64,000 nt of DNA from Vicugna vicugna (Eukaryota). Under the pieces are notes generated by a model, which searched no databases, had not been told where the DNA came from, and was given only the letters and a program-made list of their open reading frames with translations. The position numbers and the translations under genes are program-made. Positions 26,430-38,300 of the stretch are shown one piece after another (the stretch's first letter is position 1; every line of letters begins with the position of its first letter). The stretch covers positions 310,001 to 374,000 of the forward strand of contig MU058449.1 of assembly GCA_013265495.1 (NCBI GenBank). Reading direction: 5' to 3'.

Positions 26430-27750
26430 AGAAGCTCTTTAGTTTGATGCAGTCGGATTTGTCAGTTTTCCCTTTTGTTGCCTTTGTTTTTGGGATTATA
26501 TCCAAAAACATCATTGCCTAGACTGATGTCCAGAAGTTTTTTTCCTTAGAACCCTTAAGCTGTCACCTTTTGGTGAAGACACCAATAATTCATTCACATA
26601 TCTTACAAAAAAAGACCTTCTAGGACTGACAACATCGTGCATCCTGTATTCAGACTGTGTAGCTCCACTAGGTTAAGTTCCTTCTGTAATAACAGAGTTA
26701 AGGATTCTAAGGAAATAAATGTGTAGACCCTTAAGTACAGACTGTGTATAAACAACTTTTGTATATACATATAGGATAGCTTTTTTGAACTTATATGGCT
26801 ATATACATAAAAGTAGCTGTTATTAGTTAAGCTGGTGTCAAAAGTTTGGATTTTTTTTCACTTGTACATTTGGGACTTTCTTTTGGTTGATTAAAGTTGC
26901 ATGTGCTAAGTATGTGAATGAAAAAAAAAAGAAGCTTTTTTTCTATATTTCCTTCCACTAGTTTTATTATTTCAGGTCTGATGTTTAGATCTTTAATCCA
27001 TTTTGAATTTATTTTTGTATATGATGTGATTAAGGTTCAGCCTTTTTCTTCTGTGTGTCATTATCCAGTTTCTCAAAGCCAATGTTTAAAGAGATAATTC
27101 TTTCCCCATTTTGTGTTCTTGGCAATCTTGTCAAATATTAGTTGCCTATCCTTGGATGGGTTTATTGCAGGGCTCTCTGTTCCATTTGTTTATATGTCTG
27201 ATTTGTGCCAGTACCATACTGTTGTGATTACTGTAGCTCTGTAATATATTTTGAAATCAAGAGGTACAGCGCTTCCAGCTTTGTTCCTCTTGCTCAAGAT
27301 TGCTTTGACTTTTAGGATATTTTATGGTTCCATATAAATTTTAGGGTTTTTTTTTTTCTATTTCTGTGAAAATTGCACTGGAATGTTGATAGGGATTGCA
27401 TTTAACCTGGGGGTCACTTCGGGGTAGTTGAACATTAGTATTTCTTCCATTCTATCAACATGGGATATTTTTCCATTTATTTATGTCTTCTTCAATTTTT
27501 TTCATCATAATTTTACTATTTTCAATGTACTTTTTCATCTCCTTGTTTAAATTTATCCCTTAGTATTTAATTCTTTTTGATGCTATTATTAATAGGATTG
27601 TTTTCCTAATTTCTTTTTTGGCTATTTTGTTGGTACCTTATAGAAATATAACTGATTTTTGTATGTTGATTTTATATCCTGTGACTTTACTGAATTTGTT
27701 TATTAGTCTTACAGTTTTTTGGTGGATACTTTATGGTTTTCCATATGTAG
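26430..27750 (-). mobile_element. L1 ORF2 fragment interrupted by a retrocopy at 26547-26929
   Basis: TTTAGTTTGATGCAGTC, TCTTTAATCCATTTTGAATTTATTTTTGTATATG, CTTCCAGCTTTGTTC..GCTCAAGATTGCTTTG, TTTTGTATGTTGATTTTATATCCTG. Confidence 0.85.
26547..26929 (+). pseudogene. 5'-truncated processed retrocopy of an mRNA 3'UTR-like sequence (parent unknown)
   Basis: Non-L1 sequence with ATTAAA at 26890 and an A10 tail at 26921-26930. Flanking 15-bp repeat AGAAGTTTTTTTCCT (26532-26546) vs AGAAGCTTTTTTTCT (26930-26944), 13/15 identical. Confidence 0.75.
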
Positions 27751-28699
27751 AGTGTCTTTGAGGAAACACAGGAATTGGAGAGCAAGGGAATTGCATTAAT
27801 GTGTATCCAGTGTTTGGTGAGTTTGAGTTTCTTAAGTAGCTGGGGAAAAAAGGTTATGTGCAAAACAAAACAAAAACATGTCTTACAAAAATGAAAAGAC
27901 TCTGAGGTTGCACATACCTTCCTTTTTCTATTATCTGTAAGAAAGCTGGGGTAACTGAAAAGAAGTATACAATGAGATGGTCACTTGTAACAGTTGAGAT
28001 CTGAGACATAAAAGAGGTCCAGAGGATGTGTCCCCTTGTAACAATGATAAAAATTAGTCTTTCACTTTGAGTAAAATGAGAGATCCAGGCTAGTTTTCAA
28101 GTACGTAAATGTCATGATCTGAACTGTATGTTCAGAGGATAATTCTGACTGTTCTTTTGATCTTTGGCTAAAGAGGGAAATAGTTGAGAAAGGAGGCCAT
28201 TTATGGTACTGTATCAAGCAACATGAACTAAATAATATTATATCAAAATTAATTTCCCAAATCTCATGAGCTTGTAACAACAAAAACAGCAAAAAGAATA
28301 TATTGCTCGCTTATGTTTTCATCTTTGTTGCTTTGATCTGAAATTTATTTTGAAGTTCGTGAAGCCCCTGTATAGAACTACTGCTGTTTCATTGAGAAAA
28401 AGAGACAATAATAATAAATTATGGCTTTTAAATCTTCAGTTCATAAGTAACACAGCTAAATCTACTTGCGTTGCATTGACCAAAGCAAGTCCCAGGATGA
28501 AGACTGATGTCGCTAGAGTAGAAAAATAATACTCCCACAGTGAGAAGCACGCTTAGACAGCTGCAGTATTATTTTGAACTATTACATCCTACATTGTTAT
28601 TACAAATACTCTATTAATAAATAATGGTTTGCAACAGAGCATTATTAGATAAGTACTTGTTCTGGATATTTTGGTAGAAAAGTGAATAGGATTTGCTGA

Positions 28700-29400
28700 T
28701 TAAGATGTAAGCTATCAAAAAAAAGAGGTACAGAGAAGTATTTGGGGAATTTTATTATAAGCAATTATAAGATATATTTGCTGTTAGTGAGATGGGAAAC
28801 ACTGGGGCAAAACAGTTTTGGGGGTCAGTATCTGAAGCCCAGTTTTGGATGTGTTAATTTAAGATGAATATCATATTGTAAAGGCTAATACCCAATAGAC
28901 AGTTTAATGTGTGAGTCTGAGTTTCACCTAAGTGTCCTGACCTACAGAAAAGCATGAAATAAGGAGACAGTGAGGCTAGAGAGAATTAGTTGTGAGGTGA
29001 GGAGAGTAGTGGGAAGTCAAAGAGAGAATGGTAAGGCATTAAATCATGAGCCATATACAGCTTGTACTAAGGACTCTGGGTTATTGCATGAGGTGGAAAA
29101 TCATAGTTTTGAGCAAGGTAATGACAGCATCTAAATTAGATTTTAATGGGGTTACTCTGACTGCTTTTTATAGAGTCAGTTGAAATTTGTGGGAGTTGAG
29201 GAAGACTGAGAGAAGAAAGACAAGTTAGGATATTACAGTAATTCAGAATAGAGATAGATGATCATGGTTTGGATAAGATTGGTTGAAATGAGTTTGTGAA
29301 ATTAGTTTAATTTTAGATATGTTTAGAGACACAGGCAACAAAAATCTCTGAACAAATGTCATGTGGAATGTGATGGAAAGAAGAGTCAAGAATAATGGTT
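28700..29400. mobile_element. L2-like LINE remnant
   Basis: Purine-rich L2-like text (CAGTTTTGGATGTGTTAA; TTTTGAGCAAGGTAATGACAGCATC; AAGAGTCAAGAATAA); approximate. Confidence 0.5.
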
Positions 29401-29769
29401 TAAGTAAAAAAAAAAAAAAAAGATATCTTCTTATAGAAGCAGAATGCCCCTAGGCTGCTCTCTTATTTCTTTATTATTTTACAGGGATTATCCTGATTTT
29501 ACTACCTGAACATTTCTTAGAGAATATTCAGATTGCCTCTGTGACTCTTCATCTGCAGAAAAACCCACACATTACTTTCTCCACTGCTACATTGCTTTAA
29601 CTGGGCCAGTTCCCTAGAAACCAGGGCAAAAGTAACAACAGTCTTGTTGACCAAAAACTAAAAACCAAAAATAAATAAATATGAACACGCATACAACCAA
29701 AAATATATATCTAAAATAAGAACAGCATAACAACTTCAGAATAAATGTTGCTTTAAAGTGGATATGAAA

Positions 29770-31410
29770 TTATTAAGAAAAAATATCATATGAATCAAAG
29801 TATGTTCTCTGACCTAAAACAATTAAACTAATTGTCAATGGCAAAATAGTATGATCTCTAGAGAATTCTCAAATATTTGGAAATTAAAGAACATACTTCT
29901 AAGTGATCCATGGCTCAAATAAGTCTAAAAGAAAATTAGGAAATATTTAAAACGTAATAAAATAAAAATACAAGATATCAGAATTTCTGTGGCAAGTAAA
30001 GCAGTTCTTAATGGCAAATATGATAGCTTTTAATTCTTATATTTAAAAAAGAACAAGAGCTAAATAATTTATGCTTCCATCTTTTTAAAAAATGGAAACC
30101 AAAATAACCCAAAACAAACATAAGGAAAGAAATACTAAAGACAGCAGCGGACTTGAAAACAACAATAGAAAAAATAAATAAATAGTGGAACCCAAACCTG
30201 GTTCTTTGATAAACCTGTAAGCAGATTGACAGAGAGAGAGAGAAATCACCAACATCAAAAACTTATGAAGAAGGCATGTAAGTACTGACCCTACAGACAG
30301 CAAAATGTGAATAGTGGGATACTACAGACAATTCTATGCACATAAATGTGACAATTTAGATGAAACAGATAAATTTATTGAAAGAATAAATTACCAAATT
30401 ACACTCAAGAGTAAATAAATAATCTGGCTTTTTTTCTGGATCATATCTTAGTGAATTTTTATCAAGCGTGTAAGGAAGAAATAACACCAGTTCTTCCCAA
30501 TATCTAGAAACTAGAAGAGAAAGAAAACACTTCTAAACTCATTTTATGAGACCATTTGCTCATAATGACAACAAAAGAAAGATAGTACAAGAAAAAAAGC
30601 CACAGATCAATATTCTTTATGCATATAGATCTCAGAATCTAAAAATAGCAAATTGAATTCTGCAAAATAAAGACAAATAATACATCACAAAAAGTAAGAT
30701 TAATCTCAGGACTGTAAGGAGAATTGAATAGTGAAATCAATCAGTGTATCCCAACACATAAAAATATGTAACAAGTAAAAGAATTATATAATTGTATTGA
30801 TACCTACAAAAATCATTTGGAAATATTTTAATATCTAATCATTATAAAAATTTCAGCAAACTGAAAATAGAAGCAAACTTTCTCAAACTGATAAAGGACA
30901 TCTCAAAAAAACCATTATAAGTAATATATGAAGGTTAAGTGGTATCTGTGAATTATTGGGAACAAAGTAAGAGTGTTCATTCTCATCACTTCTGTCCAGT
31001 ATCAAATTTGAAGTCCTAGTATGTGCATTAAAGATAGAAAAAGAAACAGAAGACATTCAGTTTGGAAAGAAAGAAAACTGTCCCTCTTTGCAGATGACAT
31101 GCTTTTACATAGAAAATACCAAGAAATCTAAGAAAACTTAATGGAAATAATGAGTGAGTTTATCAAGATCGATGGCAAAAATTAATCATATTTTTATACA
31201 CTAACAATGAGCAAATGACAAAGTAAGAGTCATTTATAACAGCTAAAAAAAGATCAAAATATGTGCAAAATCTACATGCTTAGAGCTACAAAACACTGAT
31301 GCAAGAAATTTTAAAAAGACCCAAATGAGACATACTGTCATCTTGTATTTTAAGAATATACTTAGGATATCAATTTTCACTAAAGTAATCTAGATTCAGT
31401 GCAGTTTAAT
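29770..31410 (+). mobile_element. Old L1 ORF2 fragment
   Basis: TGGAAATTAAAGAACATACTTCTAA, AATTTAGATGAAACAGATAAATT, AACTCATTTTATGAGACCA, RT-like CTCTTTGCAGATGACATG (LFADDM) at ~31084. Confidence 0.85.
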
Positions 31411-33942
31411 GTATATATTTTCTTCCTGTGTCTTCTTTCAGTTAGTAGTGTCTTTATGAACATAAAATCTTAATTTTAATATAGTCCAGTTTATTAATGT
31501 CCTAAAAGCTATTTTTTTGTATTTTATTTAATGCTATTGAAGAAAGCTTTGCTTGTCCTAAAATAATGAAGGTACCTCCCCTCCCATATTTTTTCTTATG
31601 GCTTTATTATTTGGTCTTTCCATTAAAATCTAAAATAAATCTGCAATCTACTTAATTGTTGGGATTAAAATTTATTTTAGAGTAATGGATATGAATATCC
31701 AGCTTACTCATCAGCATGTGTTAAAAGGAAAGAACATTCTCTGCTGTGCAGTGTGACACCTTTGTCATATTCAGCCAATTGTCCATTCTAGACTTCATAT
31801 TTCTTACATTGGTCATCTTTAAAATCGTTGTTCAGTCCCCCTTTGTCATAATTAATAAAAATTTTTGTGTGAATCATATAGTGAGGTCTACTAGGAGTAG
31901 AGATGCATGGTTTTAATCATCTTGGCTGAAGTCGGCTGAGGACATGGAGCTAGGTTGCAGTGTAGGTGTGCAGCTACATATAGTGCAAATACTCTATACT
32001 GAGAACACAGAACACTTATCTATACTAAGAACATGGAACACTGAGACAAAAAAAAACTGATAAGAATGTGACATGATTTGTACATAATTTGTATTAATTT
32101 GTTTTCCCTTGTTAATTGATAAAATTCATCTGAGACTTTTTTGGCAGCTGTTGTGCAACCTTTGTCAGAAGTTCAGGAAAGATTTAATTTATATTCAGGA
32201 TTATGAGAAAAAATATTAATTGGTGAGGAATCCTAGAACATTTTGAATGACATATGTATCCTCAGTTGGCTTATACAGGTTGTTGTAAAGTAAATTGCAT
32301 TCACAGGAATATTTGAAAATATGTTTCACAACACTTTGAGCATTGACCAGCGTTATAGGTTGACCTAACAGTGTGGCTGGCTTAGAGGAAGAGATCAGAT
32401 GAATAAATTCAGGCTGAGAACATTCTAGGATGCCTCGAAGTGTAGAAACTCATCCTGTGTTCAAGACTTCATTGAGACAGTACAAGTTAAAGAAATACCT
32501 GGACTGCTGAAACAACTCTCTGGGTGCAGCAGTAATGACAACTTGATTGTCCATAAATCAGGAAGAGGGCCTTGTTGGCACAAAACAGTACTGTGCACCA
32601 TGGTAAAAATAATTTCAGATATGCAACCAAAGAAATGACTATACATCGATGAACTGGGAAAGATGGTGCAGGCTCAGTTTCCATCACCATGACTGGGTTA
32701 TTTATTACTCACATCTAAGGATCCAGATCCAGAGGAAAAATTTATGAAAGTTGGAATGGAAGTAAATTTGTGCTGGGAGAAAGACCTTTCTTATCTACTT
32801 ATGGACCATGAAATGAGCCTACCCACAAATCTAGACGTATCTCAGCTGATACAAAATGATAATGCCCTTGGGGCAGATGATGGTTATAGGCCAAACCAAG
32901 GCATGCCACCTGGCTGACACTGAGACGGAATACCTGCAAGACCAAATATCAAAATGTCAACAGGCTTTGACTCCTATCATTATTGGGATATGTATGAGAG
33001 TCTCTTCCAGAGACGGGACACATTAGACGTACTGCTGAATGCCAGACCACAGGGCTATGCAGAGGTGTAGGAAACGAAGCTGAGTACTCAGCGCTGCAGT
33101 GACTTGTAAATGGTTCTGAGGCTGAGCTGTGGGTTGGCTCTTACTCTATGAGAGCTCCAACTCATGGAGAATCACCTGGGAACTTCTGTGTGCCTGCCTG
33201 AGGGCTGGAGTTTTGGTACAACAGCCAGATTTCAAGGCCAGATGCAATAATTAAAGTGGCAGTTTGACATAGGTGTGTTCTAGGGACAAAAAGGGTGATG
33301 CCAATGGCAATGATAGAAACTATATGCTAACAGCTGTGCACCTGGACAAAAGCTCCTTCAGCTGTGACTGTTACACTAAGATATCTATCCTAGAATCTAA
33401 CAACACTCTGCTGTCGTCTAGTAAGATAGATGAGAAATGCGGACTCACAAAACTTCCTAAAATGAGGAGGTAGCTTGACTTGGTATTTTTGAAGTTCCAG
33501 CTAGGAAGTTATGAATAACAGTTTGTTATTTAGTTACTGGAATATTGCTGTACTTTAAGACAAAATGTCAAAATTTTGGGATACAGCAGAAGCAATAATT
33601 TAAGATGTATCTATAGTTTAAAATGCAAATATTCCAAAAGATAAAAACTAGAAAAATCAAGAAGTTTTCTTAACAAAAAGTAACATAATTACAAATTACA
33701 CAAATAAATTAAAAGCAAGTAATAAAGATGAAATTAGAAATAAAATGAATAAATAGATCTAATATCAGTCTTAACTTGAATAGCTCTTATTTCATCCTGG
33801 CTTGTAGTTTGTGAGGTGAATGTTTTTAAGTTTGAGCATGATAAAGCCCCTATCAATGAACACAGAGAGTTCAGTCTATCTCCATCTCTAGGAAATAAGT
33901 GTTCTTTCCTTGAACTTAATATTTGATAGATCACTGGTGGTA

Positions 33943-34881
33943 TCACCGATTCAGGAAAAAAATCTGTGCCACACGTTTACAAATTACCTTATTTTTTACA
34001 CCATAGACAATAGGATTGAGTGCCAGTGGCACAAGGAGGTAGATGGTAGACAGAAGTATGTGGGTAGAGGGGACAACATGTCTGAACCGATGGCTGAAGA
34101 AGGAGAAGAAGGCAAGGATATAAAACTCAAGGAAAACAAAAATGTGAGCTGTACAGGTATTGAATGCTTTGAGCTGTGCCTCCTTTTGACGTAGACGAAA
34201 AACAGCCTGGAAAATAAGGATACAGGAAATGAGGATAAAAATCATGTCAAATCCCAGAATTGTAAAACCCACAAAAAGACCACATGTTTTATTGACTTGG
34301 ATGTCTTCTGCAGCCAGCTTGACCACAGCCATGTGCTCACAGTAAGAGTGGGCAATTACAGTGGAATGGAAAAGGTGCAGTCTTTTAATTAAAATGGGTA
34401 AAATGCCAACGAGCACTGTTGCTCGGATTGCCACAACCAGCACCATACTAACCAGAATGAAAGGTGTGAGGATGGATGTGTGCCTCAGAGGATCACAGAT
34501 GGCAATGTAGCGGTCAAAGGCCATTGCCAACAGGATGCCAGATTCCATGCCCTGCAAGGCGTGGATGAAGAAGAGCTGGGCTAAGCAAGCATCAAAGGCC
34601 ATGGAATAAGAGCCAAACCAGAAGATAGCCAACATCTTGGGAGCAGTGGCTACACAGAGCCCTACATCTGTAGCTGCCAGTACTGCCAGGAAGATGTACA
34701 TGGGCTGATGCAGGCTGCATTCTGCAGGGATGATTATCAGTAAAACAGTGTTTCCCAGAAGAGCCACTGGGCACACTACAAAGAAGGAAAACCCAATCCA
34801 AAACTGCACATGCTCTAGTCCAGGGATGCCAATTAGTGTCAATGTTTTGGGGTCCAGGTATGACATGTTAATGGATGCCAT
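33943..34881 (-). CDS. Class I olfactory receptor, OR52A-like (intact 312-aa ORF with many motif substitutions)
   Basis: NMS sequon, LIGIPGLE, LHQPMY, MAFDRYIAICDPLRH, HSYCEHMAVVKLAAED (no second ECL2 Cys pair, as in OR52A), KAFNTCTAHIFVFLEFY, LNPIVYG. Acceptor TTTCTCTTCCGTAG on the minus strand (exon would start at 34921). Confidence 0.9.
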   Translation of the reverse strand: MASINMSYLDPKTLTLIGIPGLEHVQFWIGFSFFVVCPVALLGNTVLLIIIPAECSLHQPMYIFLAVLAATDVGLCVATAPKMLAIFWFGSYSMAFDACLAQLFFIHALQGMESGILLAMAFDRYIAICDPLRHTSILTPFILVSMVLVVAIRATVLVGILPILIKRLHLFHSTVIAHSYCEHMAVVKLAAEDIQVNKTCGLFVGFTILGFDMIFILISCILIFQAVFRLRQKEAQLKAFNTCTAHIFVFLEFYILAFFSFFSHRFRHVVPSTHILLSTIYLLVPLALNPIVYGVKNKVICKRVAQIFFLNR

Positions 34882-35292
34882 GAAAGTTAGTGATCTTTCT
34901 TTTCACTGCTGATTCTCATACCTACGGAAGAGAAAGTAAATGAGAAGTGAAAAAGGACACAGACCTCACTATCATTTAGACGTGTTTGAACATTGAAGAA
35001 ATAAGTTAAGTTCTTTAGATAACAATCAGGCCAGAACATTCAGAGGTTCTATACAATATGACAGGACAACAATAGGAAACCATCCTACAAAAACTTTGCT
35101 AGAGCCATACAAGAACAGGGAAGAGTTTCAGGATTTTTGACTTACCATTTGTGTAAATAGAAACCATGACCCTGAGAATACTCATCTTTTGCATTTTCCG
35201 TGGCCTCTAGTCTGGGCTGTCTGAAAAACCACCAGGCTTTCCTTCTTTATTTATTTCTAAATGCCAACCAAATTTTGCTATAAATGCAGATT

Positions 35293-35302
35293 CCCCCTGG
35301 GA
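35293..35302. promoter_or_regulatory. O/E (EBF)-like site near a candidate non-coding exon of the OR52A-like gene
   Basis: CCCCCTGGGA fits YCCCNNGGGA. Minus-strand donor CAAATG|GTAAGT at ~35140-35150, and another TCCAG|GTAAG at ~38101-38110. Confidence 0.4.
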
Positions 35303-38300
35303 TCCTTAAGGACCCAGAAGAGAATGTTTTTGTTGCCCCATGTGCATTAGTTCATAGTCCTATTGGAGACTTCACCCTCAACCATCTACTCCTGGTCCCA
35401 GAGAGCACTTTATTTATCCCTGAGTTGTTTGCATTGGTTATCAATTGGGAAGAGAGTTTAGCTATCTTATATTCACTTATTCCATTGTAAAAATGGACCA
35501 GTCACTGCAAGGCACTTAAGAATGACCCTTAGAGAAGATGTGAAGATGGTGGTCTATTTTTAAAGGCTGTTAGAGGTGGTTAGTTCTCTAAACTAATTAT
35601 GCCTCATATGTGTTTAGGGTAGATTTGTTGCATGGAATAGGGAAAGTGAAATATGGAGGGTTTGGTTTTTTTTTAACAGAGAGACTTAGGAAATTTTAAA
35701 ACATAAGGAGAATACAGAGAAATATTTCAAGAAGAATAACAGCTAAAAATAATGTAGAATCTAGTCAAAAGCAGAACTTATCTAGCCTAGAGTTACCACA
35801 CAGCTGGATGAATGTGATTATGCATTTCCTCCACAATATAAAGGTCCATAGGTTACTAGTTAAGATTGTATATCCTTTTGCTTTACACAGTGGGAGTCCT
35901 ACTTTTCTTTTTAATAACTTTACACATGTTATGACTCCATACTATACTGTGTTTCTCTGTTCTGCACCATACTATGATTAATTAGCTGTGGTTTGAATTC
36001 TGAAGCACATTTGAATATAATGACCAATTCTTAATACCTCCCTAGTTTAGCACTCTTTCTTGAATTTGACCTGAGATCCCTTTTATGGGGTCCAAATTGC
36101 AAATTTAAGAACTCAGTTTTTATTTCTCATTAATTTCTATTTCATTCTCTAATGTTTGTACCATTTCACATTTTACTCCAATCTGTTCATACCTAAACAC
36201 TGATTGAAGTTACTCCCAGGAAGAGATTTTCTCTGATCTGGTCAAATCCATACACTGTAGAAAACCAAGCATGGAGGTCTCTATTTATCTCTGGGAGAAA
36301 TCTCTTGAAAAAGGTCATCTAAATAACTGTTTCATACTCACTTGAAACAAATGTATGGAGGTATAAAAGCAATTTTTGGTCCAGTAATTCTCATATGAAT
36401 GAAAACCAAATCAATGGAGGGACAATGGGACCTCTTTCCTTGTGATCTTGTAGCAATACTAATGCTGTATACTGTACTAAAAGTAATACTGTAGTCAAAA
36501 TACTCATAAAATAAGGATTAAAACAATAAATATGACAAATAGTTTCCTTTGATGTCCCTGTGTAGTATTTGGAAGGATATGTTGGGAGAAATGATGAAAT
36601 GAGTGGAGGATGTTGCTAATATTTACGAGTTTGAGTTGCCAGAAATGATAGAAGCTAAGAGAGAAGGAAATCTCAGAATCTAAATAAATCAGCATCCCCT
36701 GAATTCAATAATTGCCTGAATTGTAAAGGCAAACATAAATAGTATTATAGTTAGTCCCACCCACTTGATGATAATGCTGTTACCAGATTATTTGTCTAAT
36801 AATCAGTAAGTAGTTAAAATCAAAGGCTTCAAAATGTGAAAAATGACCTGGCTACTAATCCCGGACCACCCTTGCCCACTTAACTTTTATGGAATCTTGC
36901 CGAAGATTTTATTGAATCTTACACATTGCTCATGGTTTACTCATCTGTAAGTTAAGAATAGTAATCTCACTTACCTCTGTGCTAAATAAGAGCACATATA
37001 GAACAGATCAGTGGTTGGCACAGTTTAGACTTTATGTATAGTAGGTTATGAAAAAACTGGTTATTTTATCAAGACAAGAACAGCCTGCACAATATTGGGG
37101 AGATAAAAGAAATCATGCAGAAGTGAAAACTCCCTGATGATAGAAATGAAAAAAAAAAATTCCACAAGAAGGTGAAAATTCCAGAGTTGAAGAGCTTTCT
37201 TCCATCTTCTTATATATAATATTGATCATAGCCAAAATACTAAAGTGGTATCATAAATAGTTTGTAGATTTCCATGCAGTTAGAAAATGTTACATAATTT
37301 TTTAAAAATCTTTTTGTATTGATTACTCATTTTCAGGGTTTGTGAATTAGTAGGAATAAAATGGGGTGAGCCTTGTTCGTCTAAGTTACATTAAATACAG
37401 TTACTATGAGAAACAACCAGGATGTGAGTTTGATGACCTTTAACTTTCAAAATAATCTAAATGCAATCACATAAAGGATTTTCTACTTCTCAGTTAATTG
37501 AGTTGAAGAGAAAGAAAAAAATGTTAATAGGTGATACCCAACAGAAGCAAGAGGCCAGGGAGGAGGTTAGGATATTCTTTGTCTCATGACAAGAGGACTT
37601 ACACTCTGTGTAAATTGATCAGATACTAAAGCTTTTTAAGGCTTACAATTTTCCTGTATTTCTTCTACTTCTCATATCACTCAAACAACCCCACATCTCC
37701 ACAGACACAGATGGTTTCCTGTCTCATAATTATTCTCTTTTGTTTTCAGGAAACTAAAGAATGTTAGAGTTCTTTAGAACAGGCATCTGGGTGACTAGAA
37801 TGCAGAATCATGGGAACCACCTTGCATATATCATAAATTAATTGAGGGCCATAAATAACAAGACAGTACTAAACTACCTGTAAAATTTTTTCAAATCTGA
37901 ATTACTTTAATCTAGCCCCGCCCCCCAGCTCTCCTTTTGTTGATGAAAAATTCTAAACACAGAGAACAGAAATGGCATGGCAATGGACAGAAAAAAATTA
38001 ATGACCAAAGCAGGATTTTAAAATGTCAGTCTATTTCCTGCTAAAATAAATACTTATTGCAGCTTATCAACTCCCAGTTCCTAAATTGCAGGGACAGAAA
38101 CTTACCTGGATAGAATTGAAGGCTGATTTGGCATGTGAATGAGCTAATTGTATCTCTGTTTCCACCAATATTTCCAGCAGATGTTAACGGAAGAAGAGTT
38201 GCTAGGCCTTCCTGAGTGCCTGGGCTGATCCCAGAGCACCATTACCTTTCTGATTCCTCTAGAGTATTATTATCATTCTGATTCCTTCCCAAGAATGAGG

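Noticed and set aside
34330..34390. Missing second ECL2 cysteine pair in the OR at 33943-34881 as a novelty
   Set aside because: As I recall, OR52A-subfamily receptors share this pattern (KLAA.. rather than KLAC), so it is a family trait.
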